A stretch of 64,000 nt of DNA, taken from Pelagomonas calceolata. Its lineage: Eukaryota. The stretch is from NCBI GenBank assembly GCA_918797485.1, contig CAKKNE010000002.1:3472001-3536000 (forward strand). The letters run 5' to 3'. The stretch's first letter is position 1. The number at the start of each line of letters is the position of its first letter. The position numbers and the translations under genes were made by a program. Of the stretch, positions 21,601-34,891 are shown piece after piece. The notes under the pieces were generated by a model. That model saw only the letters and a list, made by a program, of their open reading frames with translations. It was not told the DNA's origin and searched no databases.

Positions 21601-24600
21601 GTAGGCCGGGTCCCTGGCATCAAGCAGACCGAGCCATCCGTCGCCACGAACACCATCTGCGATCGGAGCACGCTGGGGCGCGCGAATAAGCCCGGGCCGA
21701 TCCTGAAAACGGAGGTTGAGCAAAGTTTCAAAAGTGTCATATTCTCCGAGGTGTAGGCCACGCTCTAGAGCAAGGAGGCACGCATCATCGAGTGCTATGG
21801 CGCCATCAAGCGCTAGAGCAACAAGCTGGCCGATGCCTTTGCCGGCAACAGCGGCAAAGTAGGGGCTCAAAGGAAAGGCCGGTGCATCGCCATGCCCAAA
21901 GGCCAGGCAGGATCCGAGCGCGTAAAGAAGGGCAAATGTCGCCGGCTCGGCAACAGCAGGCCGTGCAAGCCTGCGGGGTGCGTGTCAGTCATTAGAATAT
22001 TGGACAGCGATGCGCAATGATGGCGAGGTACTTTCACGATAGATAAAATATGCCCGCATTCATCACAGGAGAGCGCGTCAGGTCGGCAGCAAGGACAGAC
22101 GACTTGCCGTGGGTCGCAAGCGTCGAGCGAAGGCGTGCCGCTTCCGTGTAGCCTAGTGCGTCAAGGAGGGAGTCCGGGGCAAAGGTTCGTCCTTGGGGCG
22201 TGTCGTAGGGCGGAAGACTCCGCAGTGGCCCGTCCAGGATCGATGCACAAGCACGGATCCGGCTTCGAAATGCAGCATGGGTCTCATATAGATCAAAGGC
22301 CACGCCAAAAGGAATACAAGTCAGCGAATCCTGGCCACCTGTGAACCCACCGATGGCCACACAGAGTTCTCCATTTGTTGCTGATACTGGCGAAGCTGGG
22401 GCGACAAGCTCAGCTTTTGCAAAACCTTGCGCCGCTTCTGCAGCTGTCTTCGCAACAACAGCGACACGCCATTCGGGCCAGTGATTACGACCTTCCTGAA
22501 GCGTAAAAGAAACGTCCTCAAGACTGGACTCGGGCGGAAGTTCAGTCAAGAAGTCCCGAAGCTGCGCAACAAGCCCTCGAAGTGATGCCTCAGTCCGCGC
22601 TGACAAAAGGAGAACTTCGGGCGCCCGTGGATTTTCGGCCGCACCAACGCCATCAATTGACTCCGACCGCGCTGCAGTAGCGATTTGGCCACGGTTACAG
22701 CTACGCTGTGCAGGAGCCACGCATAAAGGTCGAGACGGGGCTAATGCGTGGTCAACCTTATCAGCCAAAATGGCAGCAGTCACCTTCGCGCTTGCAGTAA
22801 GCGGCCGACCAACAACAAGTGCTGCAGACGCCGCGGCTTTTGCTGCAGCATCGCGCATAGCAGCATAGGCGATTGCTGCAAGGAGACCATTCTCGCCATC
22901 CGGTGCAGAAGGAACTACATAATGGTCAGATTGATGGTAGTTGCAGTATGTGTCCCTATTATCAGCGCGAGACAAGCCATAGTGGCCAGCAGCGTGCACA
23001 GCCACATGTGGCGCTGCACACAGCACCACATGCGCATTTGTGCCACCAACACCGAACGAGCTGATGCCAAGATGGTCGATATCGTGATCCAGGTCAGAAG
23101 TAACGATTCGGGCGCCTGTTGGTACTCGTATCTTTGGATTTATGGCTTTAAAATGGGCTATAGGCGTAGCAGTATCGTGACCAAGCATCAGGCAGGCTTT
23201 TAGTAGGCCAGTTAAGCCGGCTGCACAGTTTGCGTGGCCAATATTGCCTTTGATGCAGGTAAGGCGTAGAGGCGCGTCGGTAGCCGCCTCGCGCACACCA
23301 AGTGCACGCGTAACTCCGCTGACCTCGATGGCATCACCGAGCTTGGTAGCTGTGGCGTGCAGCTCAACTGCGTCTACGTCGCGACCTGTTAGTCTGGCGC
23401 GGCGGGTAGACTGAGTGATGGCACGTGCCTGGGCAAGTGCTGATGGCGCTGAGTACCCGGCTTTGGCACGGCCATCATTAGTGACCGACGTCGCCACAAG
23501 CTGGCAGAGGATAGGCCGACCTGAATTGCCGTCGTCATCCACTTCGAGGCACAGCACACCGACGCTGTCGCCAAACAGCGTACCACTCGCAGCCACGTCA
23601 AGCGGCCTGACACGCCCATCTGCGCTGTGCACAAGACCGTCGACAAACTTGTAGCCTAGGTTTGGAAATGTGAGGCTCGCTCCACCGACAAGAGCCGCAC
23701 GGCAATCACCGACAAAAATAGCTGTTGTAGCTAAAGCACATGCAACAAGAGACGAAGAGCACGCCGAACCCACAGATACACTCGGGCCTGTCAGGCCAAG
23801 CTGATACGAAACCCGTGTAGGGGCGTAGTCCTTTTCCGAGCCAGTCTCTCCGAGCCAGACGGCACCTGGATTCGCCATATCAAGCAATGGGGCACCACCA
23901 AGGTGATGAATCAAGTAACCATCAATGCCTGTTGACGCAAAAACACCAGCATCATCAAAAATTCCGGTAGCATCAACGAAGTTCGAACGCAGCCGCACAC
24001 CCCGGCCTGCACGCTCTCGCGCGTGCCAGGCAACCTCAAGAAGCTTTCGATGCTGTGGATCCATGATTCGGGCCTCCCGCACGCTAATTCCCCAAAAGAA
24101 AGCATCGAAGCTAATAACAAGCGCTCCACGAATCATTTGAGCTACTGGTACAAAGTTTGAGTCGGCAATTAGGCTTGGTTGCACATCCCTTGATCGTAGA
24201 TCTCCGGCTGTAAACACTGAAAGACTGTCGTAGCTTGATATCATATTGTGCCAGAGGGTGATCAAATCATCCGCACCAGGTAGGATTGCTGCAGCGCCAA
24301 CAACGAAAAGTGATTGCTGCCACGGGCCTACATTTCCTGTTGCGGCTTTCACATTTGCAAAAGGGAACTGGTCGCTGTCCCCTGATCTACGTGTACTGGC
24401 CCTGCCGATCATATCGTGGCGTCTTCTAACCAAGAGACCAGTAAGCTCCACAATACTGGGTGCCTCGAAGAGGTCGACAACGGCAAGATCAACGCCAAGC
24501 GTCGTGTTGATCAACCCGACTGTCTTGGATGCACGAAGACTATGGCCGCCGAGCTCAAAAAAGTTGCTGTTAAGCGGCACAGTGCGCTCAAGCACGGTAT

Positions 24601-27416
24601 TGAACGCATCTGATATAGCACCTGCAGCAACGCGGCCCCAACTGTCGTAGAGGGGGTCCTGAGTGTCCCCTGTAGCAGCATCAAGGGTTGAATGACGAAA
24701 GGCAATCTCTGCTGCAGTATCACGCTTTTCTGCGAGGCGGATCACATTTTCTGTGAGTCGGTCCGCACACGTCGGCGCCGGAAGCCGTGAGTAATCAACT
24801 TTGCCGCTGCCAGGCTTACTTGGAAACGCTTCAAGCAACACGATATGGGATGGAATAGCATATTCTGGAAGCACTTCTTTGAGGTGCTGCGTGATATGTT
24901 GCATACTGAAAGCTAATGTCGCAGTAACATACGCGACAAGGCCCTTGGGCTGCTGTGACTGGTCGATGACCGGACGCACAATGCATGCATGAATGCTCGG
25001 CGCTGCTGCAATGTTACGTTCAACATAGTTGAGCGCAACCTTGAACCCGCGGATTTTAATCGTGGCATCGGCGCGGCCGAGTAGAAGGAGCGAACCGGTT
25101 TCGAGAGCAATTCCCCGGTCCCCCGTGTCATAGCAGCGCACCGCCGCATCTAGTAACCATGGGACTGCCAGAGTTGCCCTCGCGACACCATCATGCGACG
25201 AAGCAAGCATTGGCATAGGATTAGTAAAGAATCTCGTCGCTGTTTTCTCGGGGTCTCCTAGGTAGCCACGCCTGCGAAGGACCCAACAGTAAAGCACGCC
25301 CCCGCGTTTTTCACTAAGGAACTATCTAGCACCAACGCTGGGGATGCTTACGCTACAGACTTGGCAACGACGTGGATAGTGCCAGGGACACCACGCGGGA
25401 CAATGTGGCCAAAGGCCTTGTCCCGAACAAGAAAACACACCCAGGGGAGAGGCCTCCCGACTGGAGCGAAAGCTGAACCAGGTGGGAGTGCACGAAGCCA
25501 CATTTTGGTTCGATTCTTCCTTGCTGGATCAAAAAGCGTAGTGCATGCTACGTCGAGTGATTCCCAGGTGCTATAATAGTTGACGAGCGTAGTCCGGGAC
25601 GTAGCAAACGCAGAAGTGAAGTCAGCGACGAGTGTTGTTGGCACCAGTTCCCCTTCGAGTAGAACATACCTTAGTTGTGAGCCAACAAAGCGGGCAAAAT
25701 CCAACCTCGGTTGATCCAAAAGATTACGGAGCAACGAAGGTGTGACCATGAAGCGGGTAGCTCTGTAGTCGACAAGAAACCTGAGAAGTTGCTTCCCGTC
25801 AACGACAACATCATTTGGCACAACAAGTGTTGATCGGCCGTAGGTGGGCGCACGCAGGGCCTCCCACACGAAAAATACATTACATGCCTCGATGTCCACC
25901 GTTGGATTTGAGTCATATGGGCAGACTGCGTTTCGAGCCCGAATGTTGTGCATAAAGCTGTGATGCTCGACAAGAATAGCCTTGGGCGCTCCGGTTGTTC
26001 CGCTAGACATGCTACAGTATGCGAGTGACCGTGGGTCAACGCGCGAGTCAAGGAGCCTGGAAATGGCTCCTGCATTGAGTGCGGCACGCGCAACGAGAGC
26101 CCACAGCTTTGTCTCCCAGCTCGCGTCGAGTAGCACATGGGCCAGGCCCTCGGGGAGGTGTGCCGACAGTCGCTTTTGTGTCAGTACGCATAGAGTGCCT
26201 GATGCAGTAACCAAGTCTGCAATCAATTTTCGCGTGTAATTCACCTCGAAATAAACCATGGCTGCACGAGCCGCAAAAATGGCCAGATTTGCGATCACAT
26301 ACTCGACTGAAGCCGGAAGGTAAACAGCGCAGACAGTCTCGGATAATAAGTAGAACGGCGACCCGACAAGAGCCGCAGCCAACACACAGACAAGATGGTA
26401 TATTCTTGAGAAACTTGTTGTTGGCTCCCGTGTGCCTGGAGAAATAACCGCTGCCGCGTTTCGCCTCGAGGACGACGCTCCCGAAAGCAAACCAAGCTGC
26501 TCAATAACTAACGCGCTTGCGTCAGCACTCTCTGGTGTCTTCACGAGGCCATCAGACAATGCCAAGACACTCCTCTGCAGGGAGAGAAGGCAGCGCTCCT
26601 AGAATGATAAGTTTCAAACGGCAAGCACGCATGAGTGGAGCTCATGCCAAACCCAGATTGTATCGACACCGCTAGGCGCACGATGGAAGAACTGATCATT
26701 GCACGCATTAATTCCGCATGTGTCTCAATGTGAAAGTGCCCACCCCCACGCACAATTTTGACTTCAAACTCCGAATCGGACCACATACTCCAGGCATCTA
26801 GCTCCGCCTGCGATACACTTCCATCCAACTCGCCCCCAATTGCTGTGATAGGCATAGGCTTTGCTGTCGAACAACACTGATAAGTTTCTAGGAGCCGTAG
26901 GTCCACACGAAGAGGCGGTAGGCCATATTTTACCATAGCCGGGCCGCCAATCTCGCCTACTGCGGCGCTCAACCACCCCCGTCGTGCCAATGCGGTCAGT
27001 AATTGGGCGTCAGGCATTGCCGTCAGCGACAAACTCCATCGACGCATCAGCTGGGGGGGGGGCATCGAAGACGCGAAAACCCGCAGGGGAGTCAACCCAT
27101 CTGCATCGAGACGCAACGCCACCTCAATGGCCACCAGAGCCCCAAACGAATGCCCCAGAAGGAACAAAGGTCGGTCTGCAATCATGCGAATTGCCGCGCA
27201 GCACTCCGTCGCCACAGCCTCCAGACTCTCACAAAATGCGTCACCAAGGCGAGAACCACGCCCAGGGTAAGCAACGCTGTGTACTTCCAGCCATCCTGGC
27301 AATGATTGACCCCAATCAGCGTAGGCATGTGCACCTCCGCCCGTGTGAGGGAAGCAGATCAAGCGCGCGTGCGACTCGCCACGTTGCTGAAAGCATGTTA
27401 GCGCAGGATGCTCCAT
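18610..27416 (-). CDS. Hybrid NRPS-PKS, TE-A-T-KS-AT(degenerate)-TE-KR-T, about 2,800 aa in about 5 exons (BurA-like architecture)
   Basis: TE1 GHSFG/GGGHF. A domain SSGTTGAPK, NVFFVWE, YDTGD, GRADATIKIRGFKV, GSGKVD. T1 FFELGGHSL. KS MDPQHR, SACSSS, ELHATAT, NIGH, SSFGVGGTNAH. AT remnant GKGIG. TE2 GLSAG/GGHGF. KR ITGASGGLG, AGTLKD, GQTNYAAAN, HWGLW. T2 LGLDSL. Clear GT-AG introns at 25272-25351 and about 19120-19173. Confidence 0.92.
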
Positions 27417-27534
27417 CGGCGCTGCGTAGGGTTCATTCTTGCGGCCAATATTTTCGCCCGCCCACCGCCAGGCACGCCATCACTTTAACGGCATCACTCC
27501 GCGACAGACCAGTTGCTCAGACTGTCGGTCGTAT

Positions 27535-27577
27535 GTACCTACCTACGGTACGGTACCTACGGTACCACGGTACCGTA
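27535..27577. promoter_or_regulatory. GGTACC/CTACGG array about 120 bp upstream of the NRPS-PKS start
   Basis: GTACCTACCTACGGTACGGTACCTACGGTACCACGGTACCGTA. Confidence 0.5.
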
Positions 27578-28016
27578 TTCACTAGCCCTATTCTATCCGG
27601 GTATTTAACTAGGATAAATGAGACTAGGATAGTGAAGCTAAGATAAAATTTGGGAGATTTATAAGTGGGAAAAAGGCCGTTGCCACAACGGGCGCCAACC
27701 CCAGGGCCCCCGGACCACTGGCACGCGCCCCCGCGCCAAAACAACCAAGGGAGGGTGGGAGGGCCAAAATTCTTGCTCCTTTGTCCTGCGCTCTCACAAT
27801 CGGAGCGCTATGGGACACGAGCAAGTATAAGAAGGTATCTTGTAGCGAGCCACTAGGTGTGACGATATTGCTACCAAGATACCAATCATACTAGCTCAGG
27901 CTGACAGACCAGAGTCAGCCTTACATCATGGCCCATGATAGGTTCGGGACAGCCCTTGGGTTTCTTATTAAAGCTCCTCCTATAAACAGAGGGCTGTTGA
28001 ACCGTAGGTCGTGTGC

Positions 28017-28112
28017 ACCGTAGGTACCATGGTACCTACGGAACCGACGTACCGTAGGTACCGTAGGTACCGTACCGCAGTAAGTCACGGGGGTGCCACC
28101 TACCGTAGGTAC
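28017..28112. repeat. GGTACCGTA array in the divergent NRPS/TTC21B spacer
   Basis: Multiple GGTACCGTA/TACCTACGG units. Confidence 0.8.
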
Positions 28113-28214
28113 GTTATAAGCTATAAGGTTATGATGTCGGAAGGAGGGGGGAGGCATCACGAGTTGGAGTAGCAAGAGTCTTCGCCGGCCGCATGCCAGT
28201 GATAATAGTCACTG

Positions 28215-28270
28215 AGTAACTCAAGTTCGGCAGCCTGAGTATAGTAACTCAAGTTCGGCAGCCTGAGTAT
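28215..28270. repeat. Perfect 28-bp tandem duplication
   Basis: AGTAACTCAAGTTCGGCAGCCTGAGTAT x2. Confidence 0.95.
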
Positions 28271-28759
28271 AGTGTGCAGAGTCGGCCCGCCGGCGGCGGG
28301 CCCGGGGCGGCCGCGGCCACGGCACTCAGGCTGGCATCACTGGCATGAAGGGCCCGGGCTGCGACGACTCGGAGTCTGAGGTATGCCAGCAGTGATTGGT
28401 GCATAATCCCCCGGGAATCCAAGATAGACCGGTGCTGCCAGTGCGTGCTGAAGGCCCCCGGAGCTCCGCGATATGTTTGTTACGTGCGGCAGAGGCGGCG
28501 GCGGCCCGGGCGGCGGCCCCGGGCCGCCGGCGGGGCGGCCGCCGGGGGTCACCGTGTCCGAGGGGACGCCGTCTGTGACGGCCTCCTTTCCACTCACCAT
28601 TCCCTAACTTTGCCTTGGCTTTCACCTAGTGGTGTTCAGGCTATTGAATTTGTCGATGCTACCGTACCTACGGTAGGTAGCGACGCTGGGCTCTTCAATT
28701 ATATCTTGAATACCACAGCACCTGCTACCGTTACCTCCCCAAAACATTTAAAAAGACAC

Positions 28760-31700
28760 ATGTCTACGCACAGTACTACAGTGGCGCTATTATCACATTA
28801 TGCGCGTCATGGGTTCTGGGGGTGCGTAAACTAAACACAAATGCATAAAATAGCTTCGTCTCAGACATGTGGAACACGAATCGAACAAGCTCCTCGCAAA
28901 GGGATTATCCGACCTGAGTTCAATAAATTGGTGGCGCGCCATAGCCGTAGGATTTATGTCTATTAGCAATCCAAACGGGGAAGGTAGAGGACGCCTAGGG
29001 GAAGCTTTGCGCGAACTTAGTTTCCTCAAGACGAGACAAGATCTTGAACTGTCTTCTGTCGTGGCGTTGCTTTTTTTCCATAGGCTTGCTGAAAACATAG
29101 ACTACGAAGAAATTGAGATACTATCCAACTTGGCGGCGAGAGCGACGGAGCGTGCATCTGAGCCAAGCCTTTTGCTATGTGCTCAATTCCATTTGTATGC
29201 TGGTATCCATGCAACAAGTAATGAACGCTTGTGTGAGCAATTCAAGGCATCCCGCAGCCTCATTAGAAAAGCCTAATTCAGCGTAAAAAGCTACGCATAT
29301 CTCATGATAAGGTAGTGTTATTTCCAGGTAATCGAAGCTGATACAATTGCAGAGACCGAGACACAAAAACAGGCCCATATTCTCTGGGCATGGATCCAAC
29401 TTTCTAGTCCAATGGATTCGTGGCATAATGATGGTCGAGACGTACTGCGGCACCTTGATGGTGCAACATGTGGTTCCGAGGAGTCTGTTTGGGACTTGGA
29501 GAGTTTGATGGCACATGCGTCTGCGCTATAAGAATACTATTTCTCCTGAGCGAATTATATGCGAATCTCCCTGTAGGCTCGTGCGTGTTACTACGAACTC
29601 ATGAAGCAGTACCTAAGCGCATTAGATTTCCTGAACCAGGCCGTTGCTCTTCAATCGTGGAGCCCGGCCCTTTTAGAAAAAGCGAAAGTGTTAGTTCATT
29701 TAGGTGACTGGGAGCAAGCGGCGGAGACGCTTCAGCGTGTTTTGCAACAAAACGAGGGGTCTATGGAGGGACTGCGTCTTAATGTTCTGATGCATATGGT
29801 GCAGCAAGCAGATGATCAAGTTACTCAGGAACTGCTTAGACGAATGATCAAGTCAATGGAAATATACGAGGGATTAAATGCCGACCTTTTCTACAAAACA
29901 GCCCGTACTCTGAGTCGTCTGGCTGGTCGAAAGCCCCAAATTATGAATCTCATTTCCGGGATTTGCAAGAAAGCAATTCAATTGAATCCATCGTCAACGT
30001 CAATCTACATAATGGAGCTCGCTTATGAGAAGGCAATGCTGTGTGACTATGATAGCGCAATGAAAAGCTATCGTGAAGCAGGGCGAACTGATGAGACTAA
30101 TATTGCAGCACTTTATGGGACTATCTACAGTCATATTATGCTGGGTGAGCTTAGCAATGCAGAGCAGCAGCTAGACTTTCTTGTGGCTATCTCGGAATCC
30201 ATAGAGCCATCAGCCCACTTGCCTTTTCTTAAGGCACTCCTTGCATGGCGGCATCTTGGCGACGCGGATAAGCATGCTAACCTGTTAGAGCAGGCCGAGA
30301 TACTTCATTTTAAATCCATGGCTAGTTACAAAGCATCGGACACATATGAGAAACTTTTCCTCTTAAATCCTGACTTTCTAATTCAATTGGCAAAGGAGTA
30401 TATACTACATTTGCAATTTGCCGTCAAGTTGATGCATGCGGGCAAGGCTAGGGCAGTTGGTCAAAGCAGGGCTGTGCGCCGTGGCATGGATATATTAGAG
30501 CACGTATCGCGCGAGGCTCCTGGACTAGTAGAGCCATATCTCATACTGGCCCATACTCAATTCACGCTAGGGGAATTTGAAGCAGCAACTCGAGTGGTGA
30601 ATATCGCACTAAATTTCGACACTCGGTCTGCTCCGGTCCATCTTCTTGCGGCGCAGCTAGCTCTGGCCAATGGGAACACTCGAGGGGCTGGTGGTGCTTT
30701 GGATCAGGCCACCGCCTGTGATTTTCATGTTCGTAAAGCCCCCGCATATGCGTTAGTAAAGGCTGAGCTGTATTTACTCGAAGAAGACCCCGAAGGAGCT
30801 TTAAAAATTTTACGCGATGCGATTCAGTTGCCCGGTATTAGGGACATCGTCACCACCCAAGGCGTTGTTCCGGTATCAGAACGGGTAGCTGTATTTGTTA
30901 ACCTGGCAAATGTCCTTTCTGGGCTGAATCGATTCGCCGAAGCTGCAAGTGTTCTTGCTGAGGCTCGGGTGCGGTTTGCAGGCACCTCGGATGAGGCTCG
31001 GGTTCTTATGTCCAGTAGTATGCTCGCAATAAAATGCAACGACTTTGATAAGGCTATATCCATACTAGATGGTGTACCTAAATCCTCACCCGTGTACGTT
31101 TGCGTTCAGCACTTTAAAGCGAATCTTTATCTCACAGAAAGGCATGACAAACACACTTATATGCAGTGTTTTCGAGATCTTGTTGATTTCAGTCCAAGCG
31201 CACATTCATACGAGCAGCTTGCTGCTGCCTTCATGCACATCCAGGCACTTGAAGCCGCAATAGAAGCTTATGAACGTGCATATAGCTTGAGTCCACATGA
31301 TGTGTCACTTGCGGTGAAGATAGGCCATGCTCTTGTTTCCACGCATGACTATCTCAAGGCAACTAACTACTATGTCACTGCCCTTCAGGCTCATGCAGAT
31401 GACATAAGTTTGAGACATGATCTTGCTACATTATTCATGAAGCTCAAGAAGCACGGAAATGCCACCAAGGTCCTCACTTACGTACTGCAGCCTGCGGGCT
31501 CCTTGCCAGAGACCTCCAAGATGAGCAACGAGGTTCAGTCCCTACTGCTACTAGCTGAGGTGCATGCGCGTGCTGCCAAAGGTGTCGCCATTGCTGATGT
31601 GCCTGATGCAAAGCATGCTGTAGTCAGCTTTCTCCTCAAGGCTCGCGACTTACAGCGCCTTATTTTAAAAAATGTAAATTCAATCATGGAGACACCTGAA

Positions 31701-33192
31701 GTCGTCAATGAACAGAAGAGAGTCATGGTCAAGATATGTTGCGAGCTTGCGAACTGTTACCTTGAAGAGGATAAGCCCGGAGACAAGGCCTTGGATGCAT
31801 ACCAAGATGCTCTTAAGGCAGATAACGTAAACTTATAGTCACACAGAATTTGCTATGCTCCCTTTTCCCTTAACAAATCGCAATGTAGGCCAACAATAAT
31901 TGTATGTTTCAGCTCGCACGACTTTGGGCCAAGCAAAACAAACAAGAAAAGAGTGAACAGCAGTGTGTGGCGATACTACGAATCAACCCCAAGCATGATG
32001 ACTCTGCCATGCTTCTCGCTGATCTTCTATCTCAAAATCAGAATCATGAGGCAGCGACAGATAGAATTTGTCAGATTCTGGAACGACACCCCAGTAACTA
32101 CCTTGCTCTTAGCAAATTAATTAGATTATTTCGCCGCGCCGGCAGACTTGATGACGTATCTCGATTCCTCGAAATTGCAGAACAGTCAGATTCTCGTGCA
32201 CTCTCGCACCCAGGTCTGTGCTTTTGTAAAGGACTTAATTGCCGTTATTCAAACAATCTAATTGCGGCCATTAAACACTTTAACCTTGCACGATGGGATA
32301 GTAAATGGGGAGGACTTGCTATTATGAATATGATTGAGCTATACCTCAACCCAGAGAATGAGCCTCAGAATCTACACCGTGTTCCAACTCACCGCCTTGG
32401 AAATCTTTGTAACTGCCGGACCCGTAGGTGGGATGAAAAAAGCGAAACTGAATTCAATTTGCAAACTGATATGACCGTTGGTCACCTTCTCAAAGAATTG
32501 GAAATTTTCGAGGTTCCCGTTGACGTTAATATTAAAGTTAAAGTTCTGAGAGCATATTCTTATCTCACAATTCGATCACAAGCAAAAATTGACCAAGCTA
32601 TTCAGATGTTCATTGAAATTTTAGAAAGACGGAAGGACTATCTTCCTGCACTGCTTGGCATATCTACCGCATTTTTGATTGATAAATCGACCACAAAGGC
32701 GCGCAACGCATTGAAGCGCATTGCCAAAATGCCCTACTCACATGAGCTTGCAGAAGAGTTTGAGCGAGGATACTTGCTACTGGCAGAGATATACATTCAA
32801 AAGTCTAAGTTTGACCTCAGTGAGGACCTATGCAATCGCTGCCTTAAGTATAACCTGAGTTGTAGTAAAGCATGGGAGACCATGGGCGTTATCCGAGAAA
32901 GGGAAGCGTCTTACAAGGATGCTGCTGACATGTACGAAAAGGTTTGGTCAGTGCTTAAATTCAATACTGAGCTTTGAGCAATAATTTAATCAAAGTCTGC
33001 CGGCTGTAGGCCTGGCGTCTTGAGCACAGAGCATCTGCAAGTACTGGGTTTAAGCTTGCATTCAATTACCTCAAGGCAAAGAGGTTTGTTGAGGCCATTG
33101 AAGTTTGCAACAAGGTGCTCAATTTGTACCCAGATTACCCCCAAATTCGGGCAGATATACTAGATAAAGCCATGATAGCACTCCGACCATAA
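28760..33192 (+). CDS. TTC21B: Intraflagellar transport protein IFT139 (TPR protein 21B), multi-exon
   Basis: TPR repeats throughout; STHDYLKATNYY, ARNALKRIAKMPYSHELAEEFERGYLLLA, YNLSCSKAWE, GFKLAFNYLKAKRFVEAIEVC, C-terminal DILDKAMIALRP*. Confidence 0.93.
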
Positions 33193-33933
33193 AAGAATCC
33201 TGGAAAATCACATGCTTTTGTTTGAGAGAAGCTTCAGGCATGATGAACTCCCTTCATTTGAAATTTAAGAATATTTAATCAACGTGCAGGCATTTAAGGC
33301 GCCTTTGGGTCGTAGAATCAATTCTCGTTCCTATGCTAGTAATTTGGTCTCTCGAGCGCCTCGGGTACCTATGGCGTGGATCGCATGTGCAAGCGCGGCC
33401 GTTTAGTCCAACAGTGGCAAAAGAAGCCTGAGTGCCCGCTGCGGGCCGGAGGACGCAGCGCGGTCGTTTTTTCTTTCAAGTTGCAGTCGCCCCCGGGCCA
33501 GCTCTCCTCGGGCTGGCGGGCAAGTGACCATTTTCTTTCTAACTCTGTTGGAAAATGCCGTGGGTAGCGTACTGACGGGCCTCTCTGTCAGCTATGGGCT
33601 GGGGCGAACGATTCTACCCGTCCACTGGCAAGCCTGAGTTTCAAGTTGCACCGTCACGGTGCCTCAATGGGCCTTTTGGTGGGAATTTGGTAAGTGTTTC
33701 GGCCCGAATCTGAGTGTCTGACGAAGTGTTCGGACGAAATTTTAAGTGCTTAATCTGGTTCTAGTGCCAGTTGGTTCTAGTAGGTACTAAAAGGGGTGCT
33801 AAAAGAGTTCAAACCAGAATAGCCCGGTGTATAGGGCTGCGTTCGTTCGGCCTAAGGTACGTCCGAGTCGTCGGTCACGGTGGCTATCTTGTGGCGGGGG
33901 CGGGCTCAGGGGCGCTATAGGGGCAGTCGCGCG

Positions 33934-34374
33934 CTAGGGTGCAGTTTACGCACGGCGTTCTTTACGTGAGAAGCGGTCCAGCGTCATTTACGCCGTAATT
34001 TACGCGTAATTTACGCGTGCATTTATTTATAAAACCCGCACACACGCGGGCAGAGCGCCTAACAAGGCCTTGGTAGCCACGCAGCTCAATAGCAGCACGA
34101 GCACGGCGCATAAGCTTACACCTAGAGTGCACACCTTGCTCGCAACAGCATGCAACTAGCAATTGGCTCGGCTCTGACAACGTTTGGGGCAGCCACACTC
34201 TGCGAGGTGCTGTTCGCGAGCTAGAGTCTTAAAGGGCCGCTAGCGCCGGCTTCGGGAAGAGCCCTGGAAGGACTTTTGGATACCTCCTTTTTTACGCCGT
34301 TTTTTACGTGGGATCTCCTGTAGCGGTGCTTTACGTGTAATTTACGCGTGTTTTCCACGTAAACTGCACCCTAG
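33934..34374 (+). mobile_element. MITE family C, intact copy
   Basis: Perfect 17-bp inverted ends CTAGGGTGCAGTTTACG ... CGTAAACTGCACCCTAG (TA or CTAG could be the target duplication); subterminal TTTACG repeats; second copy at 8299-8608. Confidence 0.9.
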
Positions 34375-34891
34375 GTCGCGCGTTGCGGGTACTGCGCGCG
34401 CAAGTGTTTTTAGCTAAATTCAAGTGTTCAAGTTTGGGCGAGAGTGTTTGGGATGTTTTGGTAAGTGTCTGGAGGCATCTCGGAGCCTGAGGCCCCGGCC
34501 CGGGGCCGGGGGAGGAGCAAACATTTGCTAAGTGTTTCTCGTCCACCCTGACTCGGAATGCCAGTGGGCCTATTCAAGTTCACTGGCATTCAAGTCACTC
34601 AGGCTCAGGCTCCGAGTCAGTGCCAGTGACGGTTGCCATCTTGAAGTCACGCCGGTTCAACTTGAAGTTGCCCGGGCCGCGGCCAGCCTGAGGCTTGCCA
34701 GGACGCCTACGGTCAACCCGCATCGAGTGGCGTATAATATAGCTGTTGTGGCTTAGGTTTGAAGTGTGCCTGTGATCATGTATACGTATGCCAGCGGCGG
34801 CTGACGTAGGCATATTATTATCGGTAGGTACCGTAGGTACGGTATCAGAACTTGTAAAATCGTTTTGAAGCAATTATTTCCGTGATTACCG

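Noticed and set aside
3214..27416. panB + carrier + NRPS-PKS as a CoA-linked biosynthetic cluster
   Set aside because: Separated by unrelated genes and a compositional boundary; carrier substrate unknown; no tailoring genes next to the synthase
18610..27416. NRPS-PKS as a frameshifted pseudogene or bacterial contaminant
   Set aside because: Frame breaks coincide with intron-sized gaps ending in AG, catalytic residues are retained, and the flanks carry host repeats; two junctions still need cDNA confirmation
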